The position numbers were made by a program, and so were the translations under genes. The notes under the pieces were generated by a model that was not told the origin of the DNA, searched no databases, and saw only the letters and a list, made by a program, of their open reading frames with translations. Of a DNA stretch of 64,000 nt, positions 1 to 12,441 are shown piece by piece. Position 1 is the stretch's first letter, and each line of letters begins with the position of its first letter. Source of the DNA: the human T2T-CHM13v2.0 reference genome, Homo sapiens; assembly GCF_009914755.1 (NCBI RefSeq), contig NC_060936.1. The stretch is one strand, 5' to 3'.

Positions 1-885
1 CTGCATAGTTTAACTCCCAGTCCTCGTTTATATGTGGGGAAACTGAGGCCTGGAGGGACCACGCAGCAGATCAGCAGCATCCTGACACTATCACCACTAC
101 CACTGCCACCTGTCTCACCAGGATAAAGCCAGAGACCCAGAAAGCTAAGACAGCAGGAGTCTGGGGGATGCCTTGGAAATTCATCATTTAACCAAATTCC
201 TAATGTCCTCTTAGTTTTCTTGGCTTGTCACTGCAATGAGCAACTTCAGGCTATCAGGCGCCATGTGGTAGAAAGAATCACTAGGGAGTCTTTGATGGCT
301 AAAATATAAAATTATCATTCATAAACACCTTCCCCCCACCCTTCTACTCAGGGAGTTATTCCATATCCTCTTCTCTGCACATAAATATAAATATATATGT
401 GTATGCTAAAAAACGCTTTTACACTCTAGATAGACCCAGACACCGCTACAGAGAGAGACATATGGTTTCTGCAACTTGCTTTGCTTTTTTCCAAAGGCTA
501 ACACTTTGCTTCTGAGATGAGGCTCAATAAGTTTTTGCAAACGATGGGTCCTTAGATTTGTCTTGCAACCTCTTCTCTCGAAGCCCTGTTTCTCTCATCT
601 GTAAAATGAGAGTTTACAATGAACCTTGCAGGATTTTCAAGAAGGTGAGATGAGCTGATGTTTCTGAAGTGCTCAGCAGAGCAGATGACACATAATAGGT
701 ATTCAATAAATGGGGTCTGTTCTTGTGCTGATGGTTTTGATCACACTGTGTTAACAATGCCCTTTGTTATATGTGGATGGCTGTGCTTCTGGAAGGGTAT
801 ATACAACTCAGAATTTGAGAAACAACCCAATTTTAAATGTATATCACCAGCCTTTCAAAAGATTTAACAGTGGCCACTTAAAATT

Positions 886-970
886 TTTTTTAATAGAGAT
901 GGAGGTCTCACTATGTTGGCCAGGTTGGTCTTCAACGCCTGGCCTCAAGCAATCCTCCTGCCTTGGCTTC
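886..970 (-). mobile_element. Partial Alu left monomer
   Basis: gtctcactatgttggccagg...cctggcctcaagcaatcctcctgccttggc. Confidence 0.75.
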
Positions 971-1073
971 ACTTTTTTTGTCTTTGTTACATAAAAATAC
1001 ATATTCATTGTAGAAAAAAGTTAGAAAAGAGTTTTACAAAGAGATGGAAATAAAAATTACCTATATTCCTACT

Positions 1074-1493
1074 TGATTGGTCAGAGTTCTCTAGGGAAAC
1101 AGAACCAACAGGATTAAAACCAATAGGATATGTGGATAGATATATTAAGAGATTTATTTTAAGGAAATTGGCTTACGCAATTGCGGGAGCTGGCAAGTCC
1201 GAAATTCATATGGCAGGCCAGCAGACTGGAAACTCAGGCAGCAGTTAATGCTGCGATCTTGAGATGGAATTCCTTCTTCTCCAGGAAGCCTTAGGTTTGC
1301 TTTTAAGTCCCTCAACTGATTGCATGAGGCTCACCCACATTATCAAGGGTCATTTCCTCTACTTAAGGTCAACTAACGGTAGATGTCAATCACATACATA
1401 AAATACCTTCATAGCAACATCTAGACCAATGTTTCACCAAACAACTGGGCACCATGGCCTAGCTAAGTTGACACATAAAATTTATCCTTCACA
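1074..1493 (-). mobile_element. MLT2-like ERVL LTR
   Basis: gtcagagttctctagggaaacagaacca...aagttgacacataaaat termini typical of MLT2. Confidence 0.7.
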
Positions 1494-1834
1494 CCTACTG
1501 TCCAGGGACATCACAGTTATTAAAATGTTGGTATATGTCTCTCTAGAGATTAATTTTTTACAAAATTGATATTTTATAACCTGTAGAATTTTACATTCTC
1601 AGTTTTTATTTAACTTTGTATCTTAAACACATCTTCACCTGGCTAAAATAACCTTTAACACCATTCTTTTCAATGGAATTCCACTTTCAGTAGAATTCCA
1701 TTGTGTGTTGTCATTCCAGACATTATTGGCACAATTATCTCATTGCTAGACACCTAGGTTGTTTCTACTCCTTCACTTGTTAATTTTTAAAATGCTGCAA
1801 TGAACATCCCTATTGATAAATCTTTGCGCACATC

Positions 1835-2270
1835 TGTACTGGATGCTATAGGCACCCACCCAAGTCCCCTTTCCTGTGGTGACTGTTGGTGGTGATCAAT
1901 GGCTCACAACTGCCCCCTTCTCTGAAAAATAGCCTTGGGCCCAACAGGAGCAAGCAGCCCCTCCCAGGAAGTTACGCCCCAGCCTGGGGGACAGCCCATA
2001 GCCAAAAACTGACTGACATTGGAAGCTAGGATAGACAAGGCCAAGGCAAGCCAGCCCCCTTTCCTTAAGGTGGGGCCAACTCTGTAGTGCAATTTCTCAT
2101 CCAGAGCCCCCTCCTGATCCCTGCCGTGAGACCAGGATGGAGGTGGCACCCAGCTGAGATCACATCCTCACTTAGTTCTGTCTGGTCCTGCCTCCCGCTT
2201 TCTTTCTCTGAGAGCACACCTTCAATGAAACATTTGTCTCAGGCTCTGCTTCAGTAGCCCCAACCTAAGA
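1835..2270 (+). mobile_element. LTR16-like ERVL LTR
   Basis: Ends in tctcaggctctgcttc...aacctaagaca, typical of the LTR16 group. Confidence 0.55.
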
Positions 2271-2957
2271 CAACATCTCTGAATATTTTCTTAAGGGATG
2301 ACTTCTATTGAAGATTTGACAATGGGCTCCAAATTTTTTATTGTGTAGCTGCACGATTTCTGGGTTAAATTTTCTTAAAGGGATTGCCTCTGACATGTCA
2401 GTCCCTTGCAGCTTGTCGGTGCCCAATACTGGGTAGGTAGAGACTTCTGAGGCCCAGGACTTTTCCCGTAAAGCCCAGGGCAATGAGAGGGAGAGGAGAA
2501 CCCTGGTAGTAGTGAGTAAGGACAGGACAGCCCCAGAATCCTTGCTTCCCTCAGTCCTCAAACACTCAGCCCTGATGAGATCACAAAAATCCTCCGTGTA
2601 CTTGATCATTTCCCTGAATGGGGCATTGCCATGGTTGGGAATGAGGAAGTGAGGCATGGGAATCTGACAAAGAAAGGGGGATAGCATGGCCCAGGAAGAA
2701 TCTCATCTCAGCGACCTGGGTTGTTGACAAAGGGGCCAGGGTTGAGGAGAACATTCTTTGATGTATCGAGCTCATTGACTGTGAACAGGCATGTTCAAGA
2801 ACAGAAAACATGGCCACTCTTTCCATCTCTGCTTTGGCTTGCTCTGTGACCTTGGGCAAGACTCTTGCCTTCTCTGAGCTTTCTTCAGAATGTGGTTTTC
2901 CCAACCAGATCTGACTCCTTGTATATCTGACTAGTCCTCTTCTCTCTGGCTCTTCAG

Positions 2958-3079
2958 ATGGAAGTGCAGTGTTCCGGGGCTGCTTCCGCAGGCCCGACAA
3001 CCTTTCCCTGGCCTTACCCGTGACAGCTGCCATGCTGAACATGTCTGTGGACAAATGCGTGGACTTCTGCATTGAGAAG
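2958..3079 (+). CDS. WSCD2: WSCD2 internal coding exon (start of second WSC domain; GSAVFRGCFRRPDNLSLALPVTAAMLNMSVDKCVDFCIEK)
   Basis: Pyrimidine tract tcttcag| acceptor and AAG|gtgagc donor. WSC-type GC..C..C pattern. Peptide recognised as WSCD2. The upstream exons lie outside the window. Confidence 0.95.
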
Positions 3080-3327
3080 GTGAGCACAAGGTGGGGCCCA
3101 TGGAACTCAGGGGGAGGGAACCATGCAGCAGAGCTGCAGGAACCACATGCTTGGCTGGAGAAGCAACAGCTCAGTCGGGATAGATGTAGTCGTTGACTGG
3201 GATCTATGACGTGGGAGAGGGATGTGACCATTTCACGTGGATCTAAGGGGCTGCAGCTACACAGAATAGATTTTCCTGCCTTTGAGGAAGTGAGTTTTAA
3301 TACTGACGAATACTTAGGAATGAGGGT

Positions 3328-3696
3328 TATTAGTCCATTTTCATACTGATACTGCTATGAAGAAATATCCCAGATTGGGTAATTCATTTGAAAAAAAGAG
3401 ATTTAATGGACTCACAGTTTCACATGGCTGAGGAGGCCTCTCAATCATGGTGGAAGGCAAAGGAAAAGCAAAGGCACGTCTTACATGGCAGCAGGCAAGA
3501 GAGCATGTGTACAGGAACTGCCCTTTTTAAAGATGTCAGATCTCATGAGACTTATTCACTATCATGAGAACAGCATGGGAAAAACCCACCCCCATGATTC
3601 AGTTACCTCCCACCAGGTCCTTCCCATGACACATGGGGATTATGGGAGCTACAATTCAAGATGAGATTTGGGTGGAGAACACAGCCAAACCACATG
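3328..3696 (-). mobile_element. MST/THE1-family MaLR solo LTR (MSTA-like)
   Basis: tattagtccatttt...aatcatggtggaaggcaaagg...gatgagatttgggtgg...acacagccaaacca. Confidence 0.85.
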
Positions 3697-4131
3697 AGGG
3701 GTGACATTTGAACTGGGCCTAGAAGCATGAAAAAATTACCAGGTAAAGGTAAAGACAGTCCCACCTTGGGACAGAGGGAGTTCCCGACTGGTGGAGGTGT
3801 GTGAGCAGAGGCCAGGCAGCAGTGTCATTCAGAGCTTTGGGCACTGGATAGCACTTGGGTTGGATGATCTTTCTTCGGCCTAAGGAGCTAGATGTCTGAC
3901 TGTTTATGTTTCCTCCCTAGCCAGGTTGTGAACTCCCGGAGGGTAGGGGCTGTGCCTTGTATATTTTGTGCCCCCCTTCAATACCCCCAGCACAGAACTG
4001 GGCACATAACTGGCACTCAGCGATGTCCAAGTAGCTCCAGCTTTTTCTTAAAATGAGCTAATGACTCAAGTGTCCAGAGGAGAACCATCCCTCCTCCACC
4101 ACAAAAAGATGGTTGGGCATTTCATTCATTC

Positions 4132-4791
4132 TAGAGAGTAGTTGAGGGTAGAGAGGTATAAATGCTTTAACACTGAGATGAAGCTTTCTCCTGCAGGACT
4201 GAAAGAGAACTGAAAAAGAAATCCCTTTCTCACGGTCATGCAATACACCACAGTAAATGCCCCCTTGGTGTGATGGTGATATGGGACCCACGCTTTGGGA
4301 AAAGCTGTCTGAGTCTGTTCTCAGACTCAGTGGCTCTGAGTCACACAGATCCACTGGCTAGTGGATCCAGCCACACAAGTGTGACCCTGGTTTGCTACCA
4401 GATTAGTCTTGGACTGGCTACCAGGGAGAACTAGGGGTGGTGGGTCCAGTTTAGAAGCAAATTGGGCAAAAGACAGACCCTTGCCCGCCAGATCTCAGGT
4501 CCATCTTGCCCCCACTTAGCTGTTCAATAGAACAAATAAAGCAATCAGAAGCAGCTCTCCCAACAAAGACTCTGGGAACACAGGGTATCAGTATCTCCTT
4601 TGGCTTAAAAGAGCAGACTCAGACAGCTTTTCCCAAAGCATGGGTCTCATATCACCATCTCATCAAGGGGGCATTTACTGTGGTGTATTGCATGACCACG
4701 AGAAAGGGATTTCTTTTTCAGTTGTCTTTCCAGGAGAAAGCTTCGTTTCAGTGTTTAAGCGTCAACACCTCTCACCCTTAACTACTCTCTA
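4132..4791. repeat. Inverted repeat pair, arms ~4132-4320 and ~4611-4791
   Basis: The reverse complement of the right arm aligns to the left arm over about 180-190 nt. The same peptide appears in opposite-strand ORFs. Confidence 0.9.
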
Positions 4792-5210
4792 TGCAGGAAA
4801 AATGGAGCCAGCCCCAGGCTCACAGTCTTGGTTGGCCAGAGTGCCTAGGTAGAATTTCATCACTTGTTTTGTTTCTATATTATGTGCATTTACAGTATGG
4901 AGATGTATGGAAGTGCTACTTGTCCACAAGTACTATTAGTGGTAGCCATACAAAGTATCCTTTTAAATTTAAGTTTCAAAAAGTGAATCGACTTAAAGGA
5001 AACGAATAAGTAAACAATAGTACAGTAGGTGCACAGGTAGGGCAAAATCACAAAAGCAGGGTTTGTGGATGGAATTTGGGGACCCTCAAGTTAAGGGAGA
5101 CTGACAGAGAAGACAGTGGTTGAAATGCAAATCCTGTTCTCCATTTGGAGTCTGAAGCTGTCCAGGGATTTAGCAACTCTCTTCCTCTTCTTCTCCCACT
5201 CCATCCCCAG

Positions 5211-5385
5211 GAGTACCCGCTGGCAGCTCTTGCAGGCACCGCCTGCCACTGTGGGTTTCCCACCACCCGATTCCCGCTCCATGACAGAGAGGATGAGCAG
5301 CTCTGTGCCCAGAAGTGCAGCGCGGAGGAGTTTGAGAGCTGCGGGACTCCTAGTTACTTCATTGTGTACCAGACACAAGTCCAAG
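5211..5385 (+). CDS. WSCD2: WSCD2 coding exon (rest of WSC domain; EYPLAALAGTACHCGF...CAQKCSAEEFESCG...YQTQVQ)
   Basis: ccccag| acceptor and G|gtgagc donor. 175 nt, phase 0 to 1, joins the previous exon in frame. CxC and C..C..CG WSC cysteines present. Confidence 0.95.
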
Positions 5386-5932
5386 GTGAGCTAGGCCCTT
5401 CCCCAGTGGACCCCAGATGCACTCCCAGTGGCTTCCCTCCCAGACGTGTTCCTGCCAGTCCATCCCACACAGCCTGCAGCAAGGAGAAAACCATGCAAGC
5501 CAGAGGGCAGGGCTGATGAACTCCACCAGGCTTAGAGTTCCTGGATGGGCAACAGAAGGAATTCCCAGGGTGGGAAGCGTTCTGATGACCCATCTCTATC
5601 CCTCATCACTGAGGACCCTTGGTGGCTCCTGTAGTGAGACTGAATGAGAAGAGAGACTGAGTCTCCCACTGGCTGCAACACAGATTCACTGTGTTATCCC
5701 GGACAAGTCATTTCCCCTTTCTGGGCCTCAGTTTTTCCATCTGTAAAATGAAGCTGTAGACTGTTGGCCTCCAGTGTTCCTTCCAATTCTAAGATTTTGT
5801 CATTTTATCTATAAGTTCTTCCTTCTTCTCTCTCCCTGTCTCACTCATCCTTTCCACTTCTCGTCTTCTTCCTTTGCTAGCGGAATCCACACTTACTGTT
5901 ATCTCCTCTTCTGTCTCCTGGGGCTACCAGAC

Positions 5933-6125
5933 ATGATGATAATGATGGTGATGATGATGATGATGATGATGATGATGGTGATGATTATGATGATGGTGAT
6001 GATCATAATGATGGTGATGATTATGACGATGGTGATGATGATAATGGTGATGATAGTGATAAGAGTGACGCTGATAGTGCTGATGATAGTGATGATGAAA
6101 GTGATGATGATGATGATGGTGATGA
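5933..6125. repeat. Degenerate (GAT/ATG)n trinucleotide repeat
   Basis: atgatgataatgatggtgatgatg... over about 190 nt. Confidence 0.95.
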
Positions 6126-9100
6126 GAAGGAGGAAGAGGAGGAGGCAGCAACACTTGGAGTTTCTTGAGGTCTTACTCTGTGCCAGACTCAGTGTTGCAT
6201 CCTTCATATACATGTTTTCATTAAATCCCCTCAACTCTCTATGAGTTGGGAACAGTCATTATGCCCTCTTTACTGTGGGGCGGGGGAGGGGATTGAGACT
6301 CAGAACAGTTGAGGAACTTACCTTAAGTCATACTGTTTATAAACTTTCCCAATAAAACCCGTTTCTCCTGACCGAGGTATCATGAAGGCTGGGTGGCACT
6401 TGGATGGGGATTGGGGGGCATCCCTTGCTAGGACACTCAGCCCAAAGGAAGCCCCTGAAGGATCACCTCAATATCTGAATATATTGACCATCTACTATGT
6501 ACCAGTCCTTATGCCGAGCCTCATCTCATTCAGTGATGAGAAGTCCACAGTAAACCTATGATCAGGGCAGTATCATCCCCACTTTACAGATGACAGAACT
6601 AAAATTCAGAGAGATTGGGAACTGGCCACAGTTATACATCTACAAAAGCAATTTGTTTTCAGGTGTCTGACTCCAAAGCCCCTGCTAGAAACCTTTGCCC
6701 ATGCTCCAGTGACACTCCCCACAGTCTGGAGAGCCAAGAAAACACCACTTGGCTAGACCTCCTCCTTCTCATTTCCCAGTCACCAAGCTGCCATATGTGG
6801 TAGAGCAGGTTGAGCATTGCACTGGCACAGCCAACAGAAAAAGTGGTGCCTAAAAGCCAGCCACATGTTGTGTGCCCTGGATGGCAGAACATCTGTCCAG
6901 AGGAAGGAGTGGGCACCTTTTTCTGATTTGCACAAAAGTGCTGTATGAGCTAGTGGCAGCCCCACCAATAGCCTGTCCCTGTTTGACTGATGGGGTACCA
7001 GTGGTGATCAACTGTGGCTGTTTCTATGGTAGCTAAAGTCCTTCTGAGAGCCTAGTGAGCATGTGGCTCTTGGACCTATTTACAGTCCGATGGGGAAGGA
7101 TGGGTTTTTGTTAGCTTTCGGGGAAGTGCTGGTTAGTCTGTGCAGAGCTGTGCTGCCTTAGCCTGCAGGGGAAAGTCATACACAGATTAATTACCCTGTG
7201 ATCATGAATGGCTTTGAGGTGGCCAGAACAGACACTGGAGCCTTTTCAACGCAGATAACAATTCCCTAATTGATGAATTTGCTCATTCCCAGTGCCCTAC
7301 CCCCAGGCCATTACTAGGGCTTCCATTTTTCCACGTCACTCTTGCAGTTTCTACACACTGGGGAGGTTTGACAGTTATGTGGCTCATCAGCCTGCCAAGA
7401 GCCTGGCCCACCAGGACTGACATTTATTGAGCACCTACTGTGTGCTAAGCCCTGATGCCCCTTATGGGATAATTATTGAACACTTGCTCTGTGCCAGGCT
7501 CTGTCAAATCTTTTACCTGCCTTAAATCATCTAATCATCCAAACAGTCCAGTTGCATAAGCACTGTTATTACCATTTTACAAATGAGGTAACTTGGCACA
7601 GGGAGGTTGAGTAACTTGGCCAAAGTCAAACAGCTCTGACATGGCAGTGTAGGGATGCAAACCCAGGCAATCTAGGTCCCAAGACTGCACTGTCAACCCT
7701 AGCTTCTCAAAATACATTGTGAAAAATTCACACTCATTATCCCACATAATTGTGTAAGGTTTATTAGCCCTGTTTTATAGGTGAGGAAACTGAGGCTTAG
7801 TGAGGGGAAAGCCTTGTTCCATGTCACACAGGTAGGCCATGACAGTTCTGGATGGAAACCCAGGTCGGTCTGATTCCAAAACTGCATATAATACTGCCTG
7901 CAACAGTTGCTTAATGTATGGGGCTTAGGAACCAAATCAACTTTCTTTATAGCATTGAAAACCACAACTTTTACCTTCGGGTTGGCCTTGGCCTCCCAGG
8001 AAATATTTGAATAGAGAATTCTGTTTTGGGGGGACATTAAGGAGCCTGGTCTGCCCCACCCGACCTATCAACCCAACATTTTGCTCTGGAAAAAAAAAAA
8101 AAAAAAGTCAAACCTCCAGAAAAGTCGGAAGAATTATGCAGTGAACACATATATACTCATTCCATAGAATTTTGTGACATACATTAACTTTTGCTGTATT
8201 TACTTTATTGTCCATCTCTCCTTTTCTCCATCCCTCAATCCTTCCTAATTTTTGGTGCATTTCCAAGCAAGTTGCAAGCATCATTATACTTCAGGATGTT
8301 GTCATTGGTTATATAATTCAATATTAGCTTTCTGAAGTAACACTTCCATAGAGTGGAATGCACATATTTTAAGTGTACTAGTTAATATCAACTGGCTAAT
8401 CCACTCCCCTATCAAAATATAAAACATAACCATATTCTATAAAGTCCCTGTGTCTGGGCTCCTTTTTGCAGTATATTCCAATGAAAACCATTCCCTGAAG
8501 CTTACTTGGCTTCGACACAGATGTCCCCTGGTTTATTTTATCCTAAATCTGATCATCTCAGAACAAAAATTAAACAGGCAGGAGAAGAAAGCTGAACCTC
8601 CAGCTAGCAGGAACAATACCAGGAACCACAATCGATTCTGTGGGCAATTCCGGCATGTTTGTCTCAATCTAACACTGCATTCATTCAAGAATTTCATTCT
8701 CCTAAACAACCTCAGGCTGTCATCGCTGCTTAATAGTCCCATTTTATAAGTGAGCAAACTGAGGCTCCGACAGATCATTTTTTTCCTATGTCACCCAAAA
8801 AGTAAGTGGAAGAATTGGAATTTAAATCTAGGACTTCACACCTCTCCTTCAAAGGGCTTTTGTGTGAAATTAATGAGGCTCACAGTAAGACTTCAATAAA
8901 TAGCAGCTAATGCAGAACAGGGAAGACCCTGGTAAAATCTTGGGAAGGAATTACCTAGAGGAGGGCAGCGCTCTGCCCTCATGCCCGAGTAATCACGTGA
9001 GGTGAGCTTGTCTCTTGAATTGAGCATGGGGCAGTCACTGAGGACCTTGCCCATAACCGGTCCAGGGCAGTGACCAGGGAAGAGGCCAAGTGCAAGAGCC

Positions 9101-9670
9101 AAGGAGTAGATAGAAGGGAGGAAACATGAAGGAATGTGGACAACTCTGCTGGCAATGTGGCGGTGATGGGGTGAAGGGGAGCTGGTGGTCGCTGGAAGGG
9201 GCTCTTTCTAAACGAGGGAGCTATTTGTTCCTGTTTGAGTGCTAATGTGATTGAGCCAGCTGAGAGAGAAAAAATATTGGGGTTTGGAAGGAGCAAAGAG
9301 CTTGGAGAAGGAGGGAATGGAGAACACATACATGAGCAGGGGATGGGTGGCTTCCCCAGAAGAGGGAGAGATGGAGGTGAGGGGCCATGGGAGGTGAGGG
9401 AGGTTTGCCTGCCTTCCCTTGGATGATAAATAAGGGTGGAGCTCATCTGCCCCAGGCTGAAGAAGGCAGCACTGAGACCTGGGGCCTCCAGGCCTGGATC
9501 TGGGATTCTCTCATCTTCCTTTCTGCTCCAGCGCCCCCTGCTCTGAGCCTTCCCTCAGCTGCCTTTGCAACTGAGGGAACCAAAAGAAAAGCTTGTGCTT
9601 TCTTAGCTCCCTCTGGGGTTGCAGTGGGAGGTGCTGGGGCTTGCATTTTCTGTTAACTCTGATGGTAATG

Positions 9671-10541
9671 GCATTCTGCAGGCTCTGAAAAGCCAGAGAA
9701 TCAAAAATATCCAAATGGTACTCACCACATCCCAACCCATTTTACAGATGAGGAAACTGAGGGCTAGAGAAAAATAATATCTATGCCTTTTGAGCACTTT
9801 AGAGTATTAGCATATTACATGCTTTGTTTCATTCAATCCTTACAAGAGCCCTACAAAATAGATATTATTGTTATCCACCCAGTCACCATTCTACCCATTC
9901 ATGCATCCATCCAAGAAGCAGTTATTAAGTACCTGCTGTATACCAGATATTGTGGAAACTTTTGGTGAATCAGCAAAACACAATATGGGCAGGGTTTCTG
10001 ACCACACGACTAATTGCATGCATAATTATCTGAATTGCAATTGTGATCAACAATATGAAGGAGATGGATATAGTAATGCACTAATGATAGCCCAGGGAGT
10101 CAGGAAAAGAGGAGAGACAGGAAGGGAGGAAGGAAAGAGGGAAGGAAGAAGGAAGGAAGGAAGGACAGACGGATAGACAGTGGGACCCATTCAACTGAGA
10201 GCTGAAGAACAAAAAGCAAAGGCAGGTAGGAGGCAATGGAGAGGGAACAGCATGCATGAAGGCACTATGTCAGGACACAGCAAAGCACAGGAGAGGAAGT
10301 ACAGAGAGACCAGGTGGCTGGCATGTGGTGGAGTGGATTAGAATGAGCCTGTGAGTTTGCAAAGGCCAACCATGTGGGCTTGGAGGCCAAGATAAGAACC
10401 CTGGACTGCATCCTATACTCAAAAGGCATAGATATTATTTTTCTCTAGCCCTCAGTTTTCTCATCTGTAAAATGGGTTGGGAGGTGGTGAGTACCATTTG
10501 GATATTCCTGATTCTCTGGCTTTTCAGAGCCCGCAAAATAC
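9671..10541. repeat. Inverted repeat pair, arms ~9671-9794 and ~10418-10541
   Basis: 124-nt arms, 7 mismatches and no gaps by manual alignment. Confidence 0.92.
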
Positions 10542-10800
10542 AAGAATAACAAAAAATACACGACGGATGCCATTGACGGTTTCGATCTGGAGGAAAGGGT
10601 AGGGGTGAATGGGAAAGACTTGCTCTGCTGGGGGGAAACTGGGGCTGGAGAGAAGATTCACCCTCCTAGCTGACTTCTATTGGATCCCTACTATGGGCTA
10701 AGCACTGTGCTTATCCCTTTCCATCATTATCCCATTTAACACTCACCTCAACTCTATGAGGGAGGAACCATCTCCCTCATTTTACAGATGGGAAAGCTGA

Positions 10801-11307
<507 letters not shown>

Positions 11308-12259
11308 TAAGTCATGTCCTGGATACTCCACTAGCATCCATTCAATAATTGACATTTGTCAAGTACTTATCCTATGCCTGGTACCTTTCCTCCATTTAGG
11401 TTACAACAAACATTTCTTACACACCTACTGTGTGCTGGTACCTCATTACAGATGTTTACTGACCAGCAACTCTTTGATGTAATAGAGGTACAAGAACTAA
11501 GTTCACTTTGGGGACATTTATTGAGCACCTACTATTCACCAGGTGTCCTCTCCACATTTAAGTCGACAATATTCGCTATGCAGGGTGCTCTATTTTCATT
11601 CCATTCACAGATGTTTACTGAGCACCGGAATGTTCTGGATGCACTTCCTAAGTTAGGTGTCCCAACATGCATTTGTGGAGCACCAACTGTGTGTGAGGCA
11701 CCTCATGTAGGTTGAGATTGCCAAAGATGTTCTCTTGGCACCTAGTAGGTGGCCAGGTGCTGTATTCTTATTTAACCCTGCATAGAAACCCTGTGAGGTA
11801 GGATGATGATGTTCTTTCCCAGAAATGAAAACTGAGGCTTGGAGAGGAGAAATAACTTGCCCAAAGTCACACAATTTTTTTTTTCAACAAGCTGATTGGG
11901 GATTGCATTCTAGTGTTTCCCAGTTTCAAAGCCCACATCTTTATTACTCTATCACACAGGTAAGAAATTCCTGGGTTTCTTACTGAGGAACAAGAAATCA
12001 TGGATGAAATGCCCCTTGGGCATGAAGCCCTCTCCTGGGCATGGTGGGAGACATCAGGGAAGCAAGGCCTCCTCCTGTGGGAGACTTTGCATCTACATGT
12101 GGAGCAGCCCTTGGCCATGGTCTTTGTGTCTGCAAACCAGCTGAAGACCACTTCCTGGCTGTGTGACCTTAGGCAATTTACTGTACCTACCTCTCTCATC
12201 CTGTGTCCTCATGCACAAATTAGAGATAAGAGTACGTACCTCATGAGGTTGTTTCAAAG

Positions 12260-12441
12260 CAGGGGTGTCTCATCTTTTGTCTTCCCTGGGCCACGCTGGA
12301 AGAAGAAAAATTGTCTTGGACCACACATAAAATACACTAACACTAATGATAGCTGATGAGCTAAAAATAAAATAAAAATAACAAAAAAATCTAATAATGT
12401 TTTAAGAAAGCTTACGAATTTGTGTTGGGCCGCATTCAACG
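12260..12441 (+). mobile_element. MER30-like hAT element
   Basis: ccctgggccac...ccacacataaaatacactaacactaatgatagctgatgagct...ttgggccgcattcaa. Confidence 0.75.

Noticed and set aside
2581-3231. 216-aa minus-strand ORF overlapping a WSCD2 exon
   Set aside because: No recognisable domain, runs through MIR-like sequence, and is the antisense shadow of a real exon.
5774-6244. ORFs with poly-Met, poly-Ile and poly-His runs
   Set aside because: Translation artefacts of the (GAT)n repeat inside an intron.
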